The notes beneath the pieces are model-generated. The model searched no databases. It saw nothing but the letters and a program-made list of their open reading frames with translations, and was not told the origin of the DNA. From Octopus sinensis (Eukaryota): 64,000 nucleotides of DNA. Below, piece after piece: positions 51,785 to 64,000 of this stretch (positions are counted from its first letter, which is position 1; each line of letters starts with the position of its first letter). The DNA is taken from positions 12,896,001 through 12,960,000 of the forward strand of contig NC_043002.1 in assembly GCF_006345805.1 (NCBI RefSeq), in the 5' to 3' direction. The position numbers were made by a program, and so were the translations under genes.

Positions 51785-52170
51785 GTGGAGGCGCAATGGC
51801 CCAGTGGTTAGGGCAGCGGACTCGCGGTCGTAGGATCGCGGTTTCGATTCCCAGCCCGGGCGTTGTGAGTGTTTATTCAGCGAAAACACCTAAAAGCTCC
51901 ACGAGGCTCCGGCAGGGGATGGTGGTGATCCCTGCTGTACTCTTTCACCACAACTTTCTCTCTCACTCTTACTTCCTGTTTCTGTTGTACCTGTATTTCA
52001 AGGGGCCGGCCTTGTCACTCTCTGTGTCACGCTGAATATCCCCGAGAACTGCGTTAAGGGTACACGTGTCTGTGGAGTGCTCAGCCACTTACACGTTAAT
52101 TTCACGAGCAGGCTGTTCCGTTGATCGGATCAACCGGAACCCTCGTCGTCGTAACCGACGGAGTGCTTCC
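51785..52170 (+). mobile_element. SINE family 3, tail type 3
   Basis: 12-bp TSD accgatacatgt (51773-51784, 52171-52182); empty paralogous site near 44222. Confidence 0.9.
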
Positions 52171-53086
52171 ACCGATACATGTGGTGGTGGAGGATCACAC
52201 TTAGTTTGAACAGCCTCGATCACGTGACAGTCAGTTTTTTTTTTTCATTTTTCGTCTTTTACCGAAAGAATGAAAGAATAAGAGAATGAAGATGCGTATC
52301 CTAGTGTTTAGGGTGTTGCACTCACGATCGGAAGATTATTTTTTGAGGTTCCGCCTGGAGTGAGCGGTATGTTGTGTCCTTTAGTTCACGTTGATCCAGT
52401 TCACGCATTAGTGAATAATCCTGCGGTGGACTGGCGTCCCGTCCAGTGTGTGTGTGTTCTGACCTCGGTCACATATTTCATGGAAATTGAATAACCGGCC
52501 TTATGCAGTCTCGAACTCAAAACGTAAATGTTCAGGGTTTGATGATAATGATGAAAGATTTGAAGGCAATGGCTGATTCAGTGAAATCGAAAATTAATAT
52601 AACATACTTTAGTCTGATATTAAATCGAACTGTCCTTTTATCTCCTTACCATAAAATTTCTAAAACCAGTGGTTTCAAATTTTAGCACAAGGCCAGAAGA
52701 TTTATGAGGGGGTTAGTCGGTTACCCTGAACCTAGAACTTCACTGGTACTTTATTTTATCCACCGCGAAAGGGTTTATAATAATGTTGACCTCTGAGGTT
52801 TGAACCCAGAACTCAAAGAGCCGAAACCAATAAAGCAATGCGAAATTACTTCCAATGCTGTAACGAATCCTGCTTCCTACCATTCTTTGTAATTTTGAAA
52901 TTAATCAAATGCCAGTGAAATCGACCTCAGTACTTGAGAAGAACTATATTTTCTCAAGAGTCGATCAGTGAAGAATAGCGTTAACCTTGAATGAATTTAA
53001 AAGCTCAAAGGAGGTGACAAATACCGCAAAGCACAGACGCCCTTCAGGATACTGTCAGTGTGCCACACTAAAGTAATAATAATAAC

Positions 53087-53152
<66 letters not shown>

Positions 53153-53640
53153 CTTTTCTACTCTAGGCACAAGGCCCGAAATTCTGGGGAGAGAGAGGGG
53201 CAGTCGAGTAGATCGACCCCAGTACGCAAGTGGTACATAATTTATCGACTCTGAAAGTATGTATTTGGTGTACCCTTATAGTTATGACAGGTATATTGGG
53301 CTTCGTATAGTTGTACCCCAGTGCCACATTGATTGCATGCGCTCCCACCACACTCAATAATAAAAATAAATAATAATAGTAATGATCATAAGAAGAAAAA
53401 TTCCTAGAAATGACGAAGAGCCTGTAAGGCTGTTCAGTAATATCATCGGGCTGCATCATTGGTCTTGATGAGTTTCATAATGCTAAGTTTGTATGAGGTG
53501 GCCTCAAGTAAACAGGCGATAAAACCTGCTAAACCATTAGCACCCTGGCCTTTGCTGGTAGTGAACAGCTGACACTGTAGTACATCTTCAGCGTTGGAAG
53601 CTGTGCAAAAGCAGCAGCAACGACAACAACAACATTAATA

Positions 53641-53701
<61 letters not shown>

Positions 53702-53914
53702 TAATAGAAGAGCACTATCGCTGTGAAAATAACATCCATCCATGAATTTATTTATTTATTAATTTTAATTTTTAAATGCATATTTTATCTGTGAATTTGC
53801 GTGTGCAATCTGGGAATGCATACAATGCCCTTCTCTGCCCTAGGTGTATGGAAAACACTCGGCGAGAAATGGAAGAAAATTTGAAGAAAGAAGGAAAAAA
53901 AATAATAATAATAA

Positions 53915-54318
53915 TAATACCCGAAACTGAGCAAGTATAAAGATCTTGAAATAGAAATTAGCAAGACTAAAACAATACCTGTTGTGATAGGTGCCCTAAG
54001 AATGATAGCAAAAGGGGTTGATTGCTCTCTAGTTCAGATAAAAGGAAACCCCAAAATTGCAGAAATTCAAAAGATGGTGCTCATGAGAACTGCCCATATC
54101 TACGCAAAATACTGTCTATGTAATCTCAAGTTTTAAAACAAACACATAATTTTCTTATGGTTTGTTAAACATTCTGTAGAACACCACTATGTACAAAGCC
54201 AAATATATGGCACCCTAGGCATAACACCAACATAAACTTCAAACTTGTCTTTTGAGGTCTGTGGGTGAGACTTGGAGCCAACTTGTACAAATGTAAGGCA
54301 AAAGTCAAACATAAATTA
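53915..54318 (+). mobile_element. R4/Dong 3' end
   Basis: Matches 4290-4730; flanked by (AAT)n. Confidence 0.82.
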
Positions 54319-54321
54319 ATG

Positions 54322-54361
<40 letters not shown>

Positions 54362-54409
54362 TGATGATGATTATGATGATGATAATAATAATTAACGTCG
54401 CCCTTTTCA

Positions 54410-54635
54410 TGAGCCTGGTTTCCCGGTTTCTGTGGCGTATGTTTTCCCCCCAGCTGGACGGGACGCCAGTCCATTGCAGCGTTACTCTAGAAACAGGAAG
54501 AGAAAGTGAGAGAAAGTTGTGGCGAAAGAGTACAACAGGGGTCGCCACCACCCGTTGCCGGAGCCTCGTGGAGCTTTTAGGTGTTTTCGCTCAATAAACA
54601 CACACAACGCCCGGTCTGGGAATCGAAACCGCGAC
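54410..54635 (-). mobile_element. SINE family 3, 5'-truncated, about 40 nt from the gene C exon 1 donor
   Basis: Reverse-complement similarity to 51785-52170. Confidence 0.75.
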
Positions 54636-54673
54636 AATAATAATTACAATAAAGTAAATAAACATAAACTTAC

Positions 54674-54950
54674 CGAATTTTCCTCCGTAAATGACACGGT
54701 TACAATCGTCATATTGGCTGTTACTCAACACACAGACTTGTTGAGACTGTGAAAACACTGTTCCCTTACCACATGCTAAAGGTCGTAGAAACATAGGATT
54801 ACATAAATAAAATTCACTGCAGTTCCTTGGTGATCGCAGAAAATGTGATCCCGGTCTGATTTCTGTCTGCCTACACAAGGTCATAATGTCTTGGCTGTAG
54901 ACTGCTGTGACTGCGACCAAGAGAAAAACAGCTGCAACACGAAGCTCCAT
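54674..54950 (-). CDS. Gene C exon 1: signal peptide + CBM14 domain 1
   Basis: MELRVAAVFLLVAVTAVYSQ..., same six-Cys spacing; donor TTCG|gtaagt at 54674/54673. 80% aa identical to gene B exon 1 (hand count). Confidence 0.92.
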
Positions 54951-55016
54951 TGTCGTAATAATTTATCGGTTGTTAAATCGAACGAGAGAGTTTTAACGAA
55001 TTGCTTTGCAGCGATG

Positions 55017-55220
55017 CTATCACAAGAGACTGATAACCTCAGAAAATGTGACGCAGACCCCTTGAAATCTGTTTCTTATATAGTATATCCACAGGGTTAA
55101 AGTGAGGTTTAGGTTTAGGTTTGGGGAAAATGCTTCGGGTTATTGTTTAAATGATTCATCATTTGGTTCTCTATTCTTTAAGCTCATGAATGTCCGCCCA
55201 AGAACCTTGCTAAACAACTT
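55017..55220 (-). promoter_or_regulatory. Gene C core/proximal promoter
   Basis: On minus strand: CTATATAAG (55083-55075), TCACATT (55051-55045), TGATAG (55022-55017). On plus strand: CCGCCC (55194-55199) and ACCTTGCTAAACAACTT (55204-55220). Confidence 0.68.
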
Positions 55221-55327
55221 ATTTCATCCTCTAAGTACAATCCCATCGTTCACTGTCTCCGTATAACACCCTACCATCCCTTCTATTTGAAGCCTTATTT
55301 TCTTTTCCTCATATTCATGGCACGCAG

Positions 55328-55360
<33 letters not shown>

Positions 55361-55849
55361 CACGCACACACACATGCACGCACACACACACATGCACGCA
55401 CACACACATGCATATACTCACACAGACGCATGAACACATGCATTCTTCTTTGTTATATGGGGAATCTGATGTTTGTTCATCGACTTGATTCTGAGTATCA
55501 CAACACACCTTTTGATACATTCTCCTCCTCTGTCTGCCTACTCCTCTTCCCTCTCCCCAATCTTTCTCTCCCCCCCTCTCTCTCTCTCCCTCTTTTACTT
55601 CTATGCTCCTTATTGTTGTTCCTTCTATGTATCCGGTTGCACTCTTTTTACTTTCTCTTTCACTTCTCGTTTCCGTCTCTCTCTCTTGCCCCTCTCTTTC
55701 TCTCTTCTCTTACTTTCGGCCCAGCCCACTCTCTGTCTCCTATCTTACATCTATTTATTTTCGTCCAGCGGGTCCCAAAAGCAAAGGAATCATATCAACG
55801 TGGTTTCACCGCATACTTCTCTCCAAAATTATATATTTTGCGTAACTAG

Positions 55850-56150
55850 TACGTATTTAACCGACCCCGAAACAATGAAAGGCAAAGTCGACCTCGGAGG
55901 AATTTGAACTCAGAATGTAGCGGCAGTCGAAATACCTATTTCTTTATTACCCACAAGGGGCTAAACATAGAGGGGACAAACAAGGACAGACATAGGTATT
56001 AAGTCGATTATATCGACCCCAGTGCGTAACTGGTACTTATTTAATCGACCCCGAAACGATGAAAGACAAAATCGATCTCAGCGGACTTTGAACTCAGAAC
56101 GTAACGTAACGGCAGACGAAATACCGCTAAGCATTTCGCCCGGCGTCTTC
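55850..56150 (-). mobile_element. CORE-type SINE, dimeric form
   Basis: Same junction (gaaatacctatttctttattacc). Further diverged copies lie at about 46870-46990, 52690-52870, 56640-56850 and 56900-57095. Confidence 0.8.
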
Positions 56151-57094
56151 TCTCCAAAATTATATTTAAACTTAACTTTAGTTAAGCCACGCTGAGAAAA
56201 TAACAGCAGACAGGGATGTAAAGGACTGTTGTTTATTGCGTGTCAAACATTTACAAACGTGAGAAAGAGCAATCTACCCCTACAGACCAGGTCGTGTTAT
56301 ACGCCTCACCAGAAGTGCTTTACGAGCACACATACTTGTTACATTTAAGCTAAAATAACCAATTCCCTAAACAACATCTAAGCAGTGTAATCGTTAACCT
56401 GGAGTCTTTCTTCCACTATCATCTTATAATCAAATTACGTTTAAAGCAGCCTTTTAATTTACTTATGTTCTGACAGACATTCTCTAGAAAAATTCTCTGT
56501 GCAAACCAAATATATGGCACCCTAGTCACAACACAAACTTGAACTTCTAACTTGTTGTCTCTTGGGGTCTCTGCGTGAGAATTGGATTCAACTTGTACAA
56601 ATACAAAGCAAAATCCAAGTATTAATAATAGTTGTAATTATCCATTCTACTAAGGCACAACGTCTGAAATTTTAGGGGAGAGGTCTCGTCGATTATGTCA
56701 ACCCCAGTACACGGCTGGTATTTATTTTATTGAAAGAACGAAATGCAAAGTCTTCCACAGCAGAATTTGAACTCAGAACGTATAGACGACCGAAAGGCAG
56801 CAACGCATTTTGCTTGGCGCGCTAACGATTCTGCCAACTCACCGTCTTAATAAAATAAAACTGATACTAATAAAAATAATGGTTTCACATTTTGCCACAA
56901 GGGCAGAAATTTTAGTGGGAGGGGATGAATTGATTACATCGACCATAGTACTTTACTAGTACTTAATTAATCGACCCCAAAAGAATGAAAGGTAAAGTCG
57001 ACTTCGGTGGAATTTGAACTTAGTGTAGCGACGGACGAAATACCGCTAAGCATTTTACACGACTTGCAAAAGATTCTGCCAGCTAGCTGCCTTA

Positions 57095-57106
57095 GTAGTA
57101 GCAGTG

Positions 57107-57196
<90 letters not shown>

Positions 57197-57226
57197 ATAC
57201 TAATATTACTACTACTACTACTACTG

Positions 57227-57260
<34 letters not shown>

Positions 57261-57316
57261 AAAGAAGAAGAAGAAGAGAAGAAGAAGAAGAAAGAGAAGA
57301 AGAAGAAGAAGAAGAA

Positions 57317-57347
<31 letters not shown>

Positions 57348-57415
57348 AAGAAGATAAGTATTAGAAGAAGAAGAAGAAGGAAGAAGAAAAGAGAAGAAGG
57401 CAAGAAGAAGAAGAA
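57095..57415. repeat. Compound (AGT)n-(ACT)n-(AAT)n-(AAG)n microsatellite
   Basis: Direct inspection. Confidence 0.95.
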
Positions 57416-57560
57416 ACATAATTGTCATCCAAGGCCTTCTATCATGCCATGTATCTCCCCACAAATAAATCTAACGCTGAACAAACCTGCTTAAACTGGA
57501 GACAGAAGCACCTTGAAGTAAGATCCTACATAGGCAGTAGCAGCTATACTTGCCTACGTA

Positions 57561-57934
57561 CACTTGTGTCAGAAATTAATTAGCCAAGCTTCTCAATTTC
57601 TACATTAAATAGGTTAATTAATTAACCTATGAGCTGTTCAAAACGTCTTACCGATGAGAAAACTTAGTATGGTGATTTCGGTCCTTGCGAGGTGCTACCT
57701 ATATCTATTACAAAGGAAGATTGTCTGCATCCGCCTCCCAAGTTGTTGTTGCACTGCTATGTCAACATCATAAGGCTGTAGACTCTCAAACTGCTCTGCA
57801 AACAAAGTTACGTCATCGTTCTGCGCAACAGTGAACTCGCAAACAAGCAATAGTTCGAGATATGGCCACTAGGTGACAGCAATACCTTGAGTGAAGAGCA
57901 AATCAAGGGTGCTAATTAATTTCTGACGGTAGTG
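57561..57934. mobile_element. TIR-bounded element of the same Tc1 family as 21954-22512
   Basis: Same TIRs, TA-flanked, different interior. Confidence 0.72.
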
Positions 57935-57939
57935 TAAGA

Positions 57940-60900
57940 AGAAACAGGATGAAAAAGGAATTATTAACTGAATTAGGGATTGACCAAATTAAACAATCAG
58001 TAAGGGATATAGGGAACGAAGTTGCAACTAAAAAAGATACTACAGAGGAAATAATTATAGACCAACTCAGGTCAGATGAAAATGCAGTAATTATAGAAAG
58101 AGTCAATGTAACTGATAAACCAAATGAAATACTCTCTGACCCAACCATAAACACCAAGGCAGATGAAAATCAAATAGAAGAAGAAAGTCACACAGAAATT
58201 GACCCAACTGAACTAGATGATCTAAAAAGTCAAATCATGTTTGAATGGCTGAAAATTATAGAAACCAGTGTGAATGAACGTGATACTCTCCTAAAAATTT
58301 GCCATCCTAATCAAAACCTGAAAGTAATTGGTAAAATCCGCCTTGCACGTAAGGATATATATTTTCAGCTAATGATGTTAATTATAGATTTCAACCACTT
58401 GTACTTATGCATCCGCGAAAATCTTAACGATTCTATGTGAAGAAAAGATTAGAAAGCGACAACATTCCCACAAAAAGCCAACTTGACAAGAACGTATTCA
58501 ACACCAAATTCAGCTACTTAGGTCTGACGTAGAATGCGTAAAAAAAACTTAAGTTTGACAAGACTGGCAAAACTACAACAATACGAAAATTAAAGAAATA
58601 ATATAATATGAAACCATATTTGTCATCGATGCCACCATAGAATCTATCCAGCAAAAGGTGTGTACTAAAGCTTCCCGCATAGCAAAGTATGAAAAGCGCG
58701 TTAGATTCTTCAAGGATAACAACATGTTCAAAAATAACCAAAAACTCTTTTTACAGAAAGACAGGGGAAAACAGTTACAGTAAACTCTACCCCATCAAAA
58801 GAAGAAGTGCAGGAATTTTGGAATAAAATTTGGGCAGGAGAAAAAACACACGATATAAAGGCCTCTTAGATTGATAGAATATCTACTGACTTAGATCCCT
58901 TAAAAGGGCAAAAGTTGAAGGGTGTCAAGGTAGAGGAGGTAAGATCTGCTCTCAGGAAGCCAAGCAAATGGAAGACTTCAGGAAAGGATAAAATTCCTAA
59001 CTTCTGGTTGAATGCCTTCCTAGAGAGCCATGAACTCCTAACAAAACTTTACAACAATGTTTTACAACAACCTAGCATGATTCCCTCTTCGCTAGTTAAT
59101 GGTGTTATATTCCTACTCCCAAAATATGAAGAAACAAATGAATCAAAAAATTATAGACCCACAATCTGCTTAAAAACAATGTATAAAATACTAACATCTG
59201 TATTGAGGATGTAAACGTGGGCGCTATGGTTGTAAAGATCAGCTATTCATCAATAAGATGATCTTGGAAGATTGTCACAAACGACAAAAAAACTATTCGA
59301 TAGCTAGGAGAGACTACAAAAATATTTTGATAGTCTAGCACATACCTGGAAATGTATAAAATAGCATCTAGTCTGCGAAACGTCTGGTCTGTAGGTATGA
59401 CATCATGCAGAACTACACAAGCTTTGAACAGTGACAATGAATCTCTCAATGCTGGACATGTAAGAATTTCATGTGGCATTTTCCAGGGTGATTCTCTATC
59501 ATAACCCCTCTTTTGTCTAGCCTTAATACGTCTCTCGAAATTGCTTGATGATTTACAGTATGGATATAAAATGATAGATAAAAATATAAACCGTCTCTTT
59601 TACATAGACAATTTTGAGTTCTTTGCATAAAATGACTAACAAATACAGAACTTGATAGCGATTGTTAAACAATTCAATGATGACATCAGAATACAATTTG
59701 ATTTCGATAAATGTGCAAAAGCTACCTTCATCAAAGGAAAAATGACAGAAATATTAATCTTGACCAACAGAATATCATTAAGGAGTTAGAACCAAAGGAG
59801 AGCTACAAATACCTTGTAGTATTTGGGGGTGATGGAATCAAACATTCAATGATGAATGAAAGGATCAGAAGAGAATGTTATCGCAGGGTGAGTATAATAC
59901 TCAAGACAGAGCTGAATGTAAGAAACAGGATCGAAATGATCAATACTGTAGCCATACTGGTCGTGATTTAGTTTCAATATCATTAACTGGTCAATTATTG
60001 AAATATGTAATCTTGACAGAATAACATGAAAATTGATGACAATACATAGGAAGTACCACCCTAAGACTGTTATAGAACGACTTTACCTACTAAGAAAAGT
60101 GGGGGGCCGTGAACTTTTACAACTGGCATTAACATTGAAGATTGCCACAATTGGCCTAGACACCTACCTGAAAATCTCTGATGACTGGATGTTAAAACTT
60201 GTCTTAAAGCATGAAAACAAGGAAGTATCATACTCAGTAAGAAAACAGACAAAAGAATATCTAAGTGAATTCCAAATACAACAAATCCTAGAATTAGACT
60301 TACTGGAAACAAGCACAGAAAAATCTAAGCGTATGAAAACTCGTGCTAAAACTGCTGCCTTAGATTTTCTTACTGATAAATGGCAAGAAAAACCTCTCAA
60401 TTGCAAATACCCAAAGAGAGCGAATAATGCCGATGTTAATAAAGCCCTTACCCATCAATGGTGAGAGGCTTCTGGCTTCGAATCAGAAACAGAAGGGTTT
60501 ATCGTAGCAGGCCAAGATCAATGCCTACTTACAAGGAGCTACCAGGCCAATATATTAAAGAACAGCAGCAGCGCAACATGTCGTGTATCTCAACAACAAA
60601 ATGAAACCATTGAACATGTTGTCTCCATGTGCAGTCTTCTTGCGCCCACAGAGTATCTCAATAACTATGATAGAGCAGCACAATATATTCACTAAGTAAT
60701 TTTCAAAAACCTGGGCCTGCCCCATGATAAAAATTAGTGGGAACACAAACCACCTCCAGTGCTTGCAAATGACCACATCTCATTCCTCTGGAACTTCACC
60801 ATTCAAACTGACAGAAAGATGGATGCGAATAGGCCAGACATTACATTGAAAACCTTCAGACAAAAATCATGTCTCCTCATTGATATGACTGTCCCAATCG

Positions 60901-61315
60901 ATATAAATGTATCTGTCAAGACCTACCAAAAACTGAGCAAATACAAATATCTTGAAATAGAAACTGGCAAATATGGAAAATCAATACTAAAACAATACCT
61001 GTTATCATAGGAGCCCTAGGAATGATAGCAAAATGGACTGATTCCTACCTAGCTTAGATATCAGCAAACCCCAAAATGGCAGAATTTGAAAAGACACTGC
61101 TCATTGTAATTGGCCATATCCTACGTAAAATACTTTCTATATAATCTCAAATTTTAAAACAAACTTATAATTGCCTTATGTTTTCTTAAACATTCTCTAG
61201 AACAATATTGTACAAAACCAAATATATAACACCAGCATGAACATCTAACTTGTTGTCCCTTGAGGTCTTTGGGTGAGACTTGGACTCAACTTGTACAAAT
61301 ACAAAGCAGAAAGAA
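57940..61315 (+). mobile_element. Near-full-length degenerate R4/Dong element (same lineage as 3569-4730)
   Basis: Fragmented ORFs: N-terminal region, RT (KWKTSGKDKIPNFWL; GIFQGDSL), CCHC and RLE, plus a matching 3' UTR. Many stops and frameshifts. Confidence 0.88.
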
Positions 61316-62360
61316 GAAAGACCTAAGTATGGCCTGGATCGACTACCGAAAGGCTTTTGACAGCATCCCCCACACATGGATCCTAGAAACACTAGCCATA
61401 AACATTGAAGCACCAATAATTATAAAATATATAAGACACTTTATGAAAATAAGGCAGACAGTGCTACAGCTCCAAACAAAAGAGTGACTTGTGAAACACA
61501 AAGCCATCCCCATTAGAAGAGGAATATTCCAGGGAGACACGCTCTCTCCACTCCTTTTCTGCTTGGCGCTGACACCTTTATCTGACATGTTAAATAGAAC
61601 TGGATGCAGATACAAACGTTACGGTAAAACAATTACCCAACTCTTATATATGGCTAACCTAAAACTATACGCTACAAATGATAAACAGCTGGAAACACTA
61701 CTAAAGACAGTTCATGCATTTATTAAAGAAATAATTATGAAATTTGGCTTAGAAAAATGTGCCACAGCAACCTTGAAAAGAGGAAAACTACTTTAGAGTA
61801 GCAACATCACACTAGACAAAGCCAATGAAATAAGAGAATTAGACCAAAGCCAAACTTACAAATATTTAGGAATCCATGAACGAGATAAGACAACAACACA
61901 CAACAATGAAAGAGAAAATAAGAAAGAATACTATAGACGAGTTAGATCAATATACTGAAAACAGAGCTCAATACTAAAAACAAGGTAATAGGTATCAACA
62001 CTCTAGCAATCCCAGTTGTAATTTACAGCTACAATATCCTTAACTGGACACTAAATGAACTAACCAAAACAGACAGGAAAATAAGAAAAATAATGACAGG
62101 ATCTGGGATGCACCACCTAAAATCCGACATAGAAAGGCTATATATACAACGTATAGAAGGTGGTAGAGGCCTTATACAGCTGGAAAACGATTATAGAATA
62201 ACCCCCATAGGACTGCAAAAATATCTACTTCAGAAGTAAGTAAAGCTAATACAAATAGCCGCAAAATAAAAACTGTTTTCAGTATTTAGGGAAGCTGACA
62301 AATACAAAAAATAAATCATACCACCTAACAAATAAGAAAAGAAGCGGAAGAAGAGAAGAA

Positions 62361-62391
<31 letters not shown>

Positions 62392-63388
62392 AAGAAGAGA
62401 AGAGAAGAAGAAGAAGAAAAGAAGAAGAAAAGAGAAGAAAAAAGAAGAAGAAAAGAAGAAACTACAAAAGCTATAAAACAAATAAGCCAAACTAAAACTA
62501 GAACGCAAAAACCATGATAAAACGATGGAAAAAATCCCCTTCATGGTAAATACTGCACTAAACTAAACGCAAAGAAATAGACAAAGAAACATCCCAGCAA
62601 TGGTTTGAGAGCTCAGGACTCAAAGCAGAAACGAGGGATTTTTAATTGCAGCACAAGACCAAAGCCTCCCATCAGAAATTACCAAAAACATGTAATGAAA
62701 GAAATATTACAAGTAACTGCAGAATATGTGGAGATGGACAAGAAACAATAATCATATTATCTCTGGCTGTCCAGTCCTGTTAAGAAGGAATATATTCACA
62801 GACACGAACGGAGTTGGGACTTACATACACTGGAAGCTATGCCAACATTATGGAATAACAACAGAAAAAAGATGGTATATAGGCACACACCAGAAAAGGT
62901 CACGGAAAACGAGAAAGCAACCATACTCTGGGATATGCCAATACACACAGGTAGAGAAATTAAGGCCAACAGACCAGATATAGTTGTCAGGAGTCATGAA
63001 AAAAAAAATGCTTTCTAATTGATGTATCAATACCGGCTGATGACAACGTGTCTCTAAAAGAAATGGAGAAACTTTCAAAATATAAAGACCTGGAAATAGA
63101 GGTAACTAGAATATGGAATCTAAAAACAGAAACAATTCATATCATAGTGTGCGCATTAGGTATGATAAAAAAATATTCAGACAAATACATAACAAAAAAC
63201 ACCAGGACTTACAAACACATATAACATACATAAAATGGCACTACTAGGCACTGCACACATCCTACACAGAACACTTTCAATACAGTAACCATCAGAGCAT
63301 CACAACAAATCACAGTACATACCCAAGGCAGACAGGAGCTGCGCTCGGTAGTGAAGTGAAAGCACATTATAAAAATAAAACTACTGAA
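61315..63388 (+). mobile_element. Degenerate R4/Dong element, second lineage (RT to RLE), interrupted by (AAG)n
   Basis: AWIDYRKAFDSIPHTW, GIFQGDTLSPLLF, RPDIVV motifs. 3' end matches 25740-26150. Confidence 0.85.
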
Positions 63389-63410
63389 TGATAATAATAA
63401 TAATAATATA

Positions 63411-64000
<590 letters not shown>

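Noticed and set aside
51785-51860. tRNA gene (also 43388, 48499 and other SINE heads)
   Set aside because: A/B boxes are present, but the sequence continues into a SINE body bounded by TSDs and no proper acceptor stem is evident.
57949-58440. 163-aa acidic host protein
   Set aside because: Continuous with the degenerate R4/Dong ORF; it is the element's N-terminal region.

Overview
AT-rich, microsatellite- and transposon-dense eukaryotic DNA. The SINE families and repeat landscape suggest an octopod cephalopod (Octopus-like); this is inference. The only host genes I can support are a minus-strand tandem cluster of three paralogues encoding small secreted proteins with two peritrophin-A/CBM14 chitin-binding domains. 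Gene C: join(54950-54674, 46805-46626, 45197-45196). Gene B: join(30057-29781, 20979-20800, 17027-17026). Gene A: exon 1 only (6929-6653), with the remainder presumably left of the window. B and C each give 152 aa. In both, the stop codon is assembled across intron 2 (T|AA), so exon 3 is almost entirely 3' UTR with AATAAA about 103-105 nt in. A third, orphan copy of this terminal exon (about 41635-41763) lies in an old partial duplication that lacks exon 2. The three promoters share TATA, Inr-like, GATA and GC/GT-box motifs, a 17-mer, and a telomere-like G-rich tract. The rest is mobile DNA: several R4/Dong-clade LINE lineages nested in (TAA)n tracts, RTE and Tx1 fragments, three tRNA-derived SINE families (one as a 5-unit tandem array), mariner/Tc1/rosa/maT elements and MITEs, non-autonomous Helitrons, and Penelope-type elements with minimal hammerhead-ribozyme motifs. 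There are also long perfect hairpins inside gene B introns. Exon, TSD and hairpin coordinates were read base by base; most repeat boundaries are approximate (about +/-10-20 bp). No database searches were run.
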